The translations under genes were made by a program, and so were the position numbers. Shown here piece after piece: positions 1 through 11,170 of a DNA stretch of 64,000 nt. Each line of letters starts with the position of its first letter. Within the stretch, counting starts at the first letter, position 1. The stretch is from Macrostomum lignano. Its lineage: Eukaryota. The stretch spans positions 124,001 through 188,000 of the forward strand of contig NIVC01000695.1 in assembly GCA_002269645.1 (NCBI GenBank), in the 5' to 3' direction. Below the pieces are notes generated by a model. The model had not been told where the DNA came from. It saw nothing but the letters and a program-made list of their open reading frames with translations, and made no database searches.

Positions 1-860
1 CTAGATTAGCTACTGACATCAGTAGAGCATAAGAAATATCATTACTGTTATTAGGGACATTTCTACGAGCTTAGCAGTTTTATATTAATGAATTCATTTA
101 AGATTAAAGTAGCGAAAAATATAACAAACTATTAGATCACGTGATGCAAATCTAGTCACGTGATAAACCCTTACTGAGATGATATGTCACGTGATAAAAT
201 TTATGGACAATGAAGGTTACGCGATAAAATCTAATGACAGGATAGGTCACGTGATAAAATCTAGTGGACAAGATAAATCACATGATGAAATCTAGTGAAC
301 GATATCACCGTGAACGATACCCTGAATTGCAAGGATATGATTGAAAAAATATCGTAGGGGCTAGATTAGCTACTGACATCAGTAGAGCATAAGAAATATC
401 ATTACTGTTATTAGGGACATTTCTACGAGCTTAGCAGTTTTATATTAATGAATTCATTTAAGATTAAAGTAGCGAAAAATATAACAAACTATTAGATCAC
501 GTGATGCAAATCTAGTCACGTGATAAACCCTTACTGAGATGATATGTCACGTGATAAAATTTATGGACAATGAAGGTTACGCGATAAAATCTAATGACAG
601 GATAGGTCACGTGATAAAATCTAGTGGACAAGATAAATCACATGATGAAATCTAGTGGACAAGATAAGTCACGTGATAAAATCTAGTGGACAAGATAGGT
701 CACGTGATAAAATCTACTGACAAGAGAGGTCACGTGATAAAATCTAGTGGACAAGATAAATCACATGATGAAATCTACCATGCGATAGGTCATGAGATAA
801 AACCTACTGACAAGATAGGTCACGTGATCAAATCTAATAACAGGACAGGTCACGTGACAA
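1..860. repeat. ~30-bp degenerate minisatellite (GGTCACGTGATAAAATCTAGTGGACAAGATA) plus an exact duplication 1-297 = 361-657 (period 360), in UROC1 intron 1
   Basis: CTAGATTAGCTACTGACATC starts at both 1 and 361; recurring TCACGTGATAAAATCT units continue to ~860. Confidence 0.85.
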
Positions 861-958
861 ACCCATACGCAGATCACGCGAATATCAGTATTACTAATAC
901 ACAATACTAATATTAATACACAATAAGCACACCTGTAACAGTCAGCGCATCTCCTCAC

Positions 959-1645
959 CTGTGGTCCAATATAGCAGAAGCTGCCCGCAGTCATCTGACC
1001 GTACTGGGTGACCCCCAAGGCGAACAGTCTCTCGTAGCCAGCCGCAGTTGAGTAGTTCGGCACCATCATACCATTGGTGACAATCATCCTTGGCGACTGC
1101 GGGCCGCTAGGAAACAGACCCATAGGATGGCCGCTGTGCAGTGTTAGCGTACTCTGCTCGGTCAGCTCGGCTAGATACCGCATAGCAACCCAAAATTGGG
1201 CCCAATTAGAGAACACCTGACCATTGCCGCCATACGTGACAAGCTCTTCGGGGAATTGAGCCACTGCCGGGTCTAAATTATTGCAGATCATTAGCATAAT
1301 GACGCGACCAGCCAAGCTCTTGCCCGGATACAGCTGAACAGGGTAGGCCCTAATGGGGAACCTGGGCTTGAACCGGTACATATAAATATGCCCGTATTTG
1401 GTCAGCTCGGCGGCAAACTCGCCAGCCAGAAGGCTGTGCAGCTCGGCTGGGAAATAGCGCAGCGCGTTGCGTACGGCCAGGCGTTTGTCCCGACGGTTCA
1501 GACGGTTGCCACGGCGGACTGGAGCATGGGGCAGGCTTGGGTCGGGCTCGTATGGAGGCGGCAGCGGTGACAGTGGCAGACCGTCGGCTAGACAAGACAG
1601 ATGCCGATCGTCAACGGAAGACTCCGCCTCTTTCGTAGTTGACAT
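959..1645 (-). CDS. UROC1: Urocanate hydratase, first coding exon (229 codons); rest of gene lies left of the window
   Basis: ATG at 1645 (MSTTK; the track start at 1681 is a TTG). Motifs GHIYMYRF, NNLDPAVAQFPEELVTYGGNGQVFSNWAQ and YGQMTAGSFCYIGPQ match eukaryotic urocanase. Donor CAG|GTGAG at 959/958. Confidence 0.93.
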
Positions 1646-2049
1646 TTTGTTGCTGTGCTGTTTGTGTTTCCGCTTTTCCAACGCAGCAATTCAGATTATA
1701 TTGTGTATATATGCGTGTGTATGAATATGCAACGCAGGGGACAGAGAGAGGAGACACGCAGAAGAGAGTGAATAAGATTAGATCGTAGAAGCTTTTATTA
1801 AATCCGACAAACACACCACACCCCCTCCGCACATTTGCTACCCTGGACTGGGGCATTGGGTAAGACAGGCACGCGATCCAAACCATGTGTTTTTGGCTAA
1901 AGTCAAGACCTGCCCTCTCAAGCGGCGTGTGCATTTCTGCTTCTGTCGATCGATCATTATCGGAATCGATTATTTAATGCCCCCCGTTCAACTGACAACA
2001 CGAGGAGAAACAATGCACGCGCCGCGTTGTTTTTCTAATAGAAAGTTGC

Positions 2050-2272
2050 AGGGCAAACGGCGGGAGCAGCTGACTGTAATCAAGTAATAAAAATGCTTCG
2101 TCAGCTAATTAGTGTTGAATGTTTTCTGTAGATTATTACTATGATTATTATTAAACTGTTGCACGATGGATGACAAATAAAGATTAATAAGCGAAAATTA
2201 TGTTGCATGTTGGGTAAACGGCGGGAGTATCTATTCCGATATTAATGCCTCGTCAGCTAATTAGTACAATTA
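2050..2272 (-). mobile_element. Two degenerate internal fragments of the CATACATGCGCAAC-TIR hAT family
   Basis: AAACGGCGGGAG and CGTCAGCTAATTAGT occur twice (~2050-2115 and ~2212-2272) and match 11425-11490 (reverse complement) and 23940-24005. Confidence 0.6.
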
Positions 2273-2290
2273 AAAGTACGCCTATCTCAC

Positions 2291-2776
2291 CCTCGGAATC
2301 TTCGCCATCCTCAGAGTCTTCTAGACCTTCAACGTCGCTTCCAGCTTCTTCGTCGCTTCCTCCTCCGGCGACAGCGGCGCCGCCCGCAACATCCACCGCA
2401 GTTGACGCGCTAACGACGGATGTCCTACCAGAGTCCTTAGCAACGCCTGACAACGGAAATGAAATAGACGCCGCACTGACCGTCATAGACGAGTCCATGC
2501 CCATCAGAGTCGAATCGAATGTTGTTGACGAAAACTCGTCGCTATTCGGCGTCTCTGGAAAATCCGAAGCCGAGAAAGCCACAGACCGATTGGTATGACC
2601 GCCTGCACCTGCGGAGGTGCCCGAACCCGATGCGGCTGATGCGCGCTGACGATCTCGCTGGCGTTGCAGCAGAGAAACTGTGGCTTCAGCTTCGGCTAGG
2701 CGAGTTCGCAGATCCTCCATTTCGGTGGTAAGGCGGTTCAGAGTCAGCTCCAGGTCTTCGTCTTCGTTGAAGGTTG
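2291..2776 (-). CDS. KIF21: KIF21 kinesin exon 9 (coiled coil plus acidic stretch); last exon found in the window
   Basis: Acceptor TTTTAG|CA at 2777/2776, phase-1 compatible with exon 8. TTEMEDLRTRLAEAEA resembles KIF21A IEDLRAKLLESEA and is followed by an acidic tract. Candidate donor G|GTGAGA at 2291/2290; without splicing the frame stops at TGA 2253-2255. Confidence 0.75.
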
Positions 2777-2894
2777 CTAAAATTTGGGAATTTACATTTT
2801 TGTAACTTTTCTCTACTAATAGTAGACGAAATGCGCATTATTGTATTTTTAAGTGTGGGTGGGGTAAGTTTGCAGTCTTATTTTATAAGTAGAC

Positions 2895-3100
2895 ACCCCT
2901 GACTCGATACCCCTCAACTTTGAATCATTCCCAGGAACCTCGATATCTCTGGCTTTTGAGTCATTCACGGAAAACTTGATACCGCCTACCCCTGACCTTT
3001 GAGTCATTCATGGGAACCTTGATACCCCTCAACTTTAAGTCATTCACGGGAATCTTGATACCCCTTATCTTTGAGTCATTCACGGGAACTTCGATAACCC
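2895..3100. repeat. Short degenerate tandem repeat (~36-40 bp; GATACCCCTCAACTTTGAGTCATTCACGGGAACCTT), KIF21 intron 8
   Basis: About 5 visible copies. Confidence 0.75.
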
Positions 3101-3172
3101 TTGACAGTTAACGCTCAGGTGAGTTTAACAAGCTCATCAGTCACTAAAGCCATCAACCCCCAAACAGCTTAC

Positions 3173-3371
3173 GATCCATCTGCCGCAGCCTGCTCTGAGC
3201 AACTTCGCAATCGGTGAGCAGCACTGCATTCCTGGCCTTTATACTTTCCAACGTCGATTGCAGGACTTTGATTCTGTCACGCAGTTTCTCATTCTCAGCT
3301 TGCAGCATGCTGTTCTCGGAGTGCAGATCGCTGCAGGCCTCGCTGCCGTCTGCCAGCACCACTCGCTTGCC
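3173..3371 (-). CDS. KIF21: KIF21 exon 8
   Basis: GAGCAG|GGCAAG acceptor. GKRVVLADGSEACSDLHSENSMLQAENEKLRDRIK resembles KIF21A GKRIIDEEG...ENAMLQTENNNLRVRIK. Donor C|GTAAGC at 3173/3172. Confidence 0.9.
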
Positions 3372-3409
3372 CTGCTCAAGTGGGGTTGAAGTGCGCGGAT
3401 TGATATTGG

Positions 3410-4022
3410 CATCTGACTCGATGATTTACCCATCTGACTCATTATCTACCCATCTGACTCATTGATCTACCCATCTGACTCATTATCTACTCATCTGACT
3501 CATTGATCTACCCATCTGACTCATCGATCTACCCATCTGACTCACTGACCTACCCATCTGACTCACTGACCTACCCATTTGACTCACTGACCTATCCATG
3601 TGACTCACTGACCTATTCATGTGACTCACTGACCTATTCATGTGACTCACTGACCTATTCATGTGACTCACTGACCTATTCATGTGACTCACTGACCTAT
3701 TCATGTGACTCACTGACCTATTCATGTGACTCACTGACCTATTCATGTGACTCACTGACCTATCCATGTGATTCACTGACCTATCCATGTGATTCACTGA
3801 CCTATCCATGTGACTCACTGACCTACCCATCTGACTCACTGACCTATCCATGTGACTCACTGACCTACCCATCTGACTCACTGACCTATCCATGTGACTC
3901 ACTGACCTACCCATCTGACTCACTGACCTACCCATTTGACTCACTGACCTGTCCGTGTGACTCACAGACCTATCCGTATGACTCACTGATTCATTTATCT
4001 GACTCTTTGATCGACCCATCAG
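3410..4022. repeat. 21-bp minisatellite (CCATCTGACTCACTGACCTAC), ~28 copies
   Basis: Visible tandem array; explains the SHMDRSV and YPCDSLT periodic ORFs. Confidence 0.95.
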
Positions 4023-4554
4023 ACTCAAATATTTTTTCAGACGTAAGCAACCCCACAAAAAATTGCTAACAGTTGCAACATTAAAACGTGAAAAATAACC
4101 CAACAAAGAACATTGTGTCCTTTAAACTTAATCAACAACATTTTTTCCAAGGGATATCTCAGAGAAAGGGGACCATGGTTTTACATTCCAATGACTTGGC
4201 CCAATACTGAGCACTTTTCTAGCGGCTCGCGGGTTCTCAGCGTGAGCATGAGTCGAAGTGGAATCAAACGAGGACCTGCAGCTGCTCATGCCAGAAGCTG
4301 CAGCGGCAGAGGTGGCGCTGGCGCTGGCGGTGGAGTGTCGCGTCGTACGAGCGATCTGCGACGCAGCGGAGTCTGCAGACTTGGCTGCAGTGGACACTGA
4401 CTGCTCCTTGATGGCTGACGCTGATGAAACATCGGCACTCTTAGACAGATTGCCGAATCGCTTTGTAGATGAGACAGAGAGAGAGAGAGCAGGTTTGGTT
4501 GGAAAAGAGGTTCGGCTTGAACAGATCAATCTATTTACGGGCCATCAGGTGCTA

Positions 4555-4843
4555 AGGTTTTAGGTTAGGTTTAGGTTTTTTTAGGGGTAGGTTTTAGACT
4601 AGGGGTAGGTTTTAGACTAGGGGTAGGTTTTAGACTAGGGTAGGTTTTATGTTTAGGGTTTTGGTTTTAAGTTAGGGGTAGGTTATAGGTTAGAGGTAGG
4701 TTTTAGGTTTAGGGTTTGGTTTTTGGTTAGGGGTAGGTTTTAGGTCAGGGTTTTGGTTTTAGGTTAGGGGTAGGTTTTAGGTTAGGGGTAGGTTCTAGGT
4801 CAGGGTTTTGGTTTTAGGTTAGGGATAGGTTTTAGGTTAGGGG
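4555..4843 (+). repeat. Telomere-like G-rich satellite (GGTTTTAGGTTAGGGGTA); resumes at 14095-14140
   Basis: Degenerate TTAGGG-containing units on both outer flanks of the split SINE. Confidence 0.8.
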
Positions 4844-5027
4844 TATTTATTAGAGGCAGGGGGTTGTGTGCACCCTGGCGCACTTTAAGCGACATAGGCA
4901 CACAACCGGCGAGAGGCATTACTGCTCATTCCGCCGACTCACCTGAGCAGGCATACAAGCGCGAGGATACGTACGCAGGCACACACTCACACACGAGTGT
5001 ACAGCGGCACTAACTTTATAGGGCATA
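4844..5027 (-). mobile_element. 3' half of a tRNA-derived SINE that was split by a Helitron-like insertion
   Basis: Reverse-complement match to ~27650-27801, the 3' part of the intact SINE copy. Confidence 0.85.
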
Positions 5028-5252
5028 CTAGCAATCTACGCCCCCCGTTGGGGAGCCAAGGAAATGCAATACACGTTTTTTTAATAAGCTACATGTATCC
5101 TTGAAATCTTAAAAAATCTCCTGTCAAACCTTGTAAGCCTTGACATGTCAGTAATTCCCCCCCCCACAAGCTTTAACATATCAACTTCCCCCCTTGACAT
5201 CTCAGCAATGCCCCCAATAAGCCTTGGAAATCTAAAAATATCTGTCAACCTT

Positions 5253-5320
5253 CTAACCCTAACCCTAGCCTAACCCTAACCCTAACCCTAACCCTAACCC
5301 TAACCCTAACCTAACCCTAA
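5253..5320 (-). repeat. Interstitial telomeric (TTAGGG)n tract inside H1
   Basis: (CCCTAA)n on the plus strand, ~11 units of which ~7 are perfect; degenerate copy at 5695-5740. Confidence 0.9.
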
Positions 5321-6199
5321 AGCATTGAAATTCCAGTAATTCTCTCTAAGAGTCATAATAGCACTACTACAGCATTATAGCGATTCCCTGCAAGCCTCGA
5401 CATCGTAGGGATTCCCAAATGAATCTCTTAACTTCGACATGAAGCTTCTTTTATTTTTTACATTACGCTTTTTTTATCAGCGATCCCTCCCCTGAGGAGG
5501 CATCAAATAATGTAATAAAAAGTTTTCAATAAACTACATGTAGCTTCTGACTTTAGCCTTGAAATCTCATTTATACCCCCGTGAGCCTTGACATCTCAGA
5601 TATTCCCCCCGTAAGCCTTGACATGTCAGCGATGGCCCCCATAAACCTTGAAATCTAAAAAATCCCCTGTTAACCTTGAAACCCGATAAAATATAACCCT
5701 CAACCCAAACCTGACCTAAACCTAACTTTAACCCAACCTAAAGCCTTGAAATCTCAGCAATTCTTCTCCCCTAAGCCTTGACATTTTAGTGATTCCTTCT
5801 TTAAGAATCACAGCACTATAACGATTTCCACCAAGCTTTGACATCGTAGCAATTCCCAAATGAATCTTTTAACTCCGACATGACTTTTCTTTTATGTATA
5901 CATAGTGCTACTTTTATTTTTTACATGACTCTTCTTCTATCAGCGCCCCCCTGTGGCGAGCCAACAAAGAATGCAATAAAAAAATTGAGTAAAGTACATG
6001 AACTTTGAAGTAGCTTCTGACTTTTGCTTTGACATCTCAGAAACCCCCCCCCCGTAATCTCAGTTATTCTCTGAGAGCGTTTACGTCTCAGTTTTTCTCC
6101 CCAGCACAGCATTATAGCTGCATTTAATTTTTACATGACACCCTTCATGTCTGACATGACGCTTCTTTTATTCTACCATGATGCTTCTTAATTTTTTAA

Positions 6200-7290
6200 A
6201 TGACACTTTCATTAGTTTTAAATGAGGCTTCTATGATTTTTTCTTGACGCTTCTATGATTTTTACATGACGCTTCTATGATTTTTTTACATGACGCTTCC
6301 ATGATTTTTATATGACGCTTCTATGATTGTTTACATGACGCTTCTATGATTGTTTACATGACGCTTCTATGATTGTTTACATGACGTTTCTATGATTGTT
6401 TACATGACGCTTCTATGATTTTTTACATGACGCTTCTATGATTTTTTAAATGGCGCTTCTATGATTTTTATATGACGCTTCTACGATTTTTTACATGACG
6501 CTTCTATGATTGTTTACATGACGCTTCTACGATTTTTTACATGACGCTTCTATGATTGTTTACATGACGCTTCTATGATTGTTTACATGACGTTTCTATG
6601 ATTTTTATATGACGCTTCTATGACTTTTTAAATGACGCTTCTATGATTGTTTACATGACGCTTCTATGATTGTTTACATGACGCTTCTATGATTGTTTAC
6701 ATGACGTTTCTATGATTGTTTACATGACGCTTCTATGATTTTTTACATGACGCTTCTATGATTTTTTACATGACGCTTCTATGATTGTTTACATGACGCT
6801 TCTATGACTTTTTAAATGACGCTTCTGTGATTTTAATATGACGCTTCTATGATTTTTTTAAATAACGCTTCTATGATTGTTTATATGACGCTTCTACGAT
6901 TTTTTACATGACGCTTCTATGATTGTTTACATGACGCTTCTATGACTTTTTAATTGACGCTTCTATGATTGTTTACATGACGCTTCTATGATTGTTTACA
7001 TGACGCTTCTGTGATTGTTTACATGACGCTTCTATGATTTTTTACATGACGCTTCTATGATTGTTTACATGACGCTTCTGTGATTGTTTACATGACGCTT
7101 CTATGATTTTTTACATGACGCTTCTATGATTTTTTACATGACGCTTCTATGATTGTTTACATGACGCTTCCATGATTGTTTACATGACGCTTCTATGATT
7201 TTTTACATGACGCTTCTATGATTGTTTATATGACGCTTCTATGATTTTTTAAATGACGCTTCTATGATTTTTACATGACGCTTCTTTTTA
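6200..7290. repeat. 23-bp satellite (CATGACGCTTCTATGATTGTTTA), ~45 copies, internal to H1
   Basis: Visible tandem array. Confidence 0.95.
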
Positions 7291-8049
7291 AAAAATCTTT
7301 TAGTTTTCCTGACGTTGAAAAGCTTTAATTAAAAAAAATTATACTCTATGAAAATTCGAACCATCGTCGCTGCTTTAGCAGTTCAGTTTGTTCACCTCTA
7401 GGCTAGCTCTCATCTTTTGATAACATCAAATTTTGCACTTAAATAATTCAACACTTTAAAATCCAAGCATAGAGTAAATCACACGAGGCAGTTATCACAT
7501 AATCAGTTTCTCAGTCAGTCGGTATCAGTTAACAATATGGTTACGCAATTTAAATCAAGTCTGGTGCTACGCTTCCACACTGCATTTTCAATTCAAGTCG
7601 GAGTTACAATTCAGTTATGATGCAATCTATTTCAGAATCAGAATTCAACCAGTCAGTTTTTTCTCTAGCATTCTTACAATGCATTTCAAGTCGAAAAGTT
7701 TGCTTGACCTTTGCAATAAAGCATGTTTTTCGAATATTTAATGCCTTTAGTATCGAGCAATTTCTTAGCCGCGATGCATGTACAGTCACGGGAAAATTTC
7801 TGATCGAACGGTGCAAGTTTGAACAAAATCGGTCCAGCCATTTTTTCTCTAATCAATCACATAGATAGATAGATAGACACAGACAGACCATTTTTAGTAT
7901 ATTGGACTAGCAATCTTCGCCCCCCGATGGGGGGCATCTAGATAGAATCTCTGGCACTCTACAAGTATCAAAAAGACGGCCAAATAAAGCCTTCACATAG
8001 ACAATAGAAAAACTGCTCAAATGAAGTGCAATGCAAAAAAATATCCCAG

Positions 8050-9045
8050 GACAGCAAGCAACCCCCCAGATAGCAAGCACCCCCAGATAGCAAGCATCCA
8101 CCTAATAGCAAGCACCCTTAGATAGCAAGCATCCCCAGATAGCAAGCACCCTTGGATAGCAAGGCAAGCATCTCCAGATAGCAAGCACCCCCAGATAGCA
8201 GGCACCCCAGATAGCAAGCATCCACCTAATAGCAAGCACCCCAAGATAGCAAGCATCCACCTAATAGCAAGCACCCTTAGATAGCAAGCACCCCCAGATA
8301 GCAAGCACCCCCAGATAGCAAGCACCCCAAGTAGCAAGCATCTCTAGATAGCAAGCACCCCCAGATAGCAGGCACCCCAGATAGCAAGCATCTCCAGATA
8401 GCAAGCACCCCCAGATAGCAAGCATCCACCTAATAGCAAGCACCCCCAGATAGCAAGCATCCACCTAATAGCAAGCACCCCCAGATAGCAAGCATCCACC
8501 TAATAGCAAGCACCCCCAGATAGCAAGCACCCCCAGATAGCAAGCACCCCCAGATAGCAAGCATCTCTAGATAGCAAGCACCCCCAGATAGCAGGCACCC
8601 CAGATAGCAAGCATCCACCTAATAGCAAGCACCCCCAGATAGCAAGCATCTCCAGATAGCAAGCACCCCCAGATAGCAGGCACCCCAGATAGCAAGCATC
8701 CACCTAATAGCAAGCACCCCCAGATAGCAAGCACCCCCAGATAGCAAGAACCCCCAGATAGCAGGCACCCCAGATAGCAAGCATCCACCTAATAGCAAGC
8801 ACCCCCAGATAGCAAGCACCCCCAGATAGCAAGCACCCCCAGATAGCAAGCACCCCCAGATAGCACGCATCTCCAGATAGCAAGCACTCCAAGATAGCAG
8901 GCACCCCAGATAGCAAGCATCCACCTAATAGCAAGCACCCCCAGATAGCTAGAACCCCCAAGATAGCAAGCATCCCCCCAGATAGCAAGCACCCACAGAT
9001 AGCACGCATCTCCAGATAGCAAGCACTCCAAGATAGTAGGCACCC
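8050..9045. repeat. 17-bp satellite (AGATAGCAAGCACCCCC) with variant units, internal to H2
   Basis: Visible tandem array; source of the GACYLGVLAIW-type ORFs. Confidence 0.95.
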
Positions 9046-9609
9046 CATTTATGTTTGACATGGTAGCTGTTTTGTGTCTGACATGGTGGCTCTTTAATGT
9101 TTGAGCTGGTGGCTCTTTTATGTTTGACATGGTGGCACTTTAATGTCTGAAATGGAGTCATGTATACGCTTGACATGGTGACTCGTAGATGTTTGACAAA
9201 GTGGCTCTTTTATGTTCGACATGTGGCTCTTTAATGTTTGACATGGTGGCTCTTTAATGTTTGACATGGTGGCTCTTTAATGTTTGACATGGTGGGTCTT
9301 TAATTTATGACATGGTGGCTCTTTTATGTTTGACATGATGGCTCTTTAATGTTCGACATGGTGGCTGTTTAATGTTTGTTATGTAGTCACATACATGCGC
9401 AACTGCTGGCCGACCTGGCCGATCCGGCCACCGTAAATCGTGGCTGACCAGGGGTAAGTCGCAAAATTGAGTCAACCAAAAACAGAAAAACACAAGAACC
9501 AAGAAAGGCAAGAGGAAAGCGAAAGAAAGAGCAGTTCAGGGAAAATCGTGAAGCAAAAGAAAAACAATTCGCAAAAGAAGCAAACTAAGTTGTAAAAATA
9601 ATCAGGTAC

Positions 9610-10075
9610 TGGTAAGTCGCAACAGGAATCAGGTAAGTCGCAAAAGAAGCAAACTATGTCGCAAAAAGGATCAGGTAAGTCGCAAAAGGGTTAGGTAAGT
9701 CACAAAAAGGATTAGGTAAGTCCCAAAAAGGATTAGGTAAGTCGCAAAAAGGATTAGGTAAGTCGCAAAAAGAATCAGGTAAGTCGCAAAAGGATCAGCT
9801 AAGTCGCAAAAGGATTAGGTAACTCGCAAAAAGGATTAGGTAAGTCGCAAAAAGGATTAAGTAAGTCGCAAAAAGGATTAGGTAAGTCGCAAAAGGGTTA
9901 GGTAAGTCGCAAAAGGATTAGGTAAGTCGCAAAAGGATTAGGTAAGTCGCAAAAAGGATTAGGTAAGTCGCAAAAGGGTTAGGTAAGTCGCAAAAGGATT
10001 AGGTAAGTCGCAAAAGGATTAGGTAAGTCGCAAAAAGGATTAGGTAAGTCGCAAAAAGAAGCAACTAAGTCGCAA
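9610..10075. repeat. 20-21-bp satellite (GGTAAGTCGCAAAAAGGATTA), ~22 copies, inside the hAT element
   Basis: Unit core equals the element's subterminal motif GGTAAGTCGCA. Confidence 0.92.
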
Positions 10076-10539
10076 TAAGAGGGAAGTAAGTCACAATCAG
10101 AGGCAATCAGGGGTAGTAGGTGCAAGTGTGGCAGGAGAGCAAAAACAGAATAGAAGCCTTCAACAACAGACAAGATCTTTGAAATCAGAAGCCCGCGTCA
10201 ACAGTTTCCCATTGATTTCTTAAACTCTGGAGCAGGGGTCGGCAAACTCCGGCTCGCGAAGCCCCTCTATCTGGCCCTCGCCCCTCGGGTTCTTTGAAAC
10301 TTCCTAACTACGAGTAGCAAGGTTGGTGTCTCTTCAACTCTCATCTCTCTCTTCTTCTCTACCTTGCCTCCCCTCTTCTCTCTCTCCCCCTTTTCCCTCT
10401 TCTCTCTCCTCTCATTTTTACTCTCCTCTCTTCTCCCCCTTTCTCTCTACCCTTTCTCCTCAATGCCCTCTTCTCTCCTCTTATCTTCAGCAAAAATATG
10501 TGCATATTTTCTTACTTCAAAGTAGAGGAAATAGAAGAT

Positions 10540-11170
10540 TAGAGATAAGCAAACAGAGGAGAGGCGAGCGATGCGATGGGAGAAAAGATAGAAAAGGAGA
10601 GAAAAGCTGAGGGAGGAAAAAGAGATGAGAGAGAAGAGGAGATGAGAGGAAAGAGGAAAGAAAAGATGATGGATGAGATCAGAAGAGAGGAAAGAGGAAA
10701 GAGGAGAGAGTAGATGAGAGAAGAGAGGATAAAGAGGAGATGAGAGGAGAGTGAAGAGAGGAGAGATGAGAGAGTAGAAAAGAGAGGAGAGATAAGATGA
10801 GAGAGTAGAAAAGAGAGGAGAGATAAGATGAGAGAGTAGAGTGGAATGGAGAGAGACGAGAGGAGAGATAAGAATGTAGAGAGGAGACAGAAGAGATAGG
10901 AGAGGAGAGGAAAGAGAGGAGAGAGGAGAGGAAAGAGAGAAGGGATAAGGGATGAGAGAGAAAAGAAAAAGAGGATGAGAAGATTGAGGAATGGAGAGAA
11001 TTTGCAAAGGCCTCAAATCTTAGTTTAACATGCATTACTCCCATCTTTGCCTTTTTCCTAACTGTTAACAAGTTTTTGTTTGAGCATGACTTCAAATTTA
11101 GAATCTATGCAAAAATAGTTCCGGGAATTAGAATTCAGTGGTTTAAAAATCTGTGGGTTTTCACAGCTTG
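10540..11170 (+). mobile_element. 5'-truncated relative of the eRF1-intron Helitron-like family, nested in the hAT element
   Basis: 11000-11170 is a diverged reverse complement of 36981-37230; it ends ACAGCTTG|T and is preceded by a GA-rich interior. Confidence 0.7.

Larger units (their letters stand above)
5028..7906 (-). mobile_element. Non-autonomous Helitron-like element H1
   Basis: Minus strand begins TCCAATATACTAAAAA (7906), has a GACA microsatellite near the 5' end, and ends with a GC hairpin (~5039-5057) followed by CTAG (5028-5031) and flanking T. About 600 bp of the 5' region is shared with H2 (7300-7906 vs 13350-13913). No Rep/Hel ORF. Confidence 0.8.

Noticed and set aside
1-657. 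360-bp-period exact duplication as a mobile element
   Set aside because: No TIR or TSD can be defined and it is cut by the window edge; a simple tandem duplication or assembly artefact is sufficient.
1350-2731. Antisense or alternative-frame ORFs over UROC1 and KIF21 exons (also 14625-15059, 31576-31900, 33545-34144, 36626-36847, 51687-52043)
   Set aside because: Shadows of GC-rich real exons, with no independent homology.
4555-5320. TTAGGG-like tracts as a chromosome end or telomere fusion
   Set aside because: Short, degenerate and intronic; the C-rich tract is internal to a mobile element.
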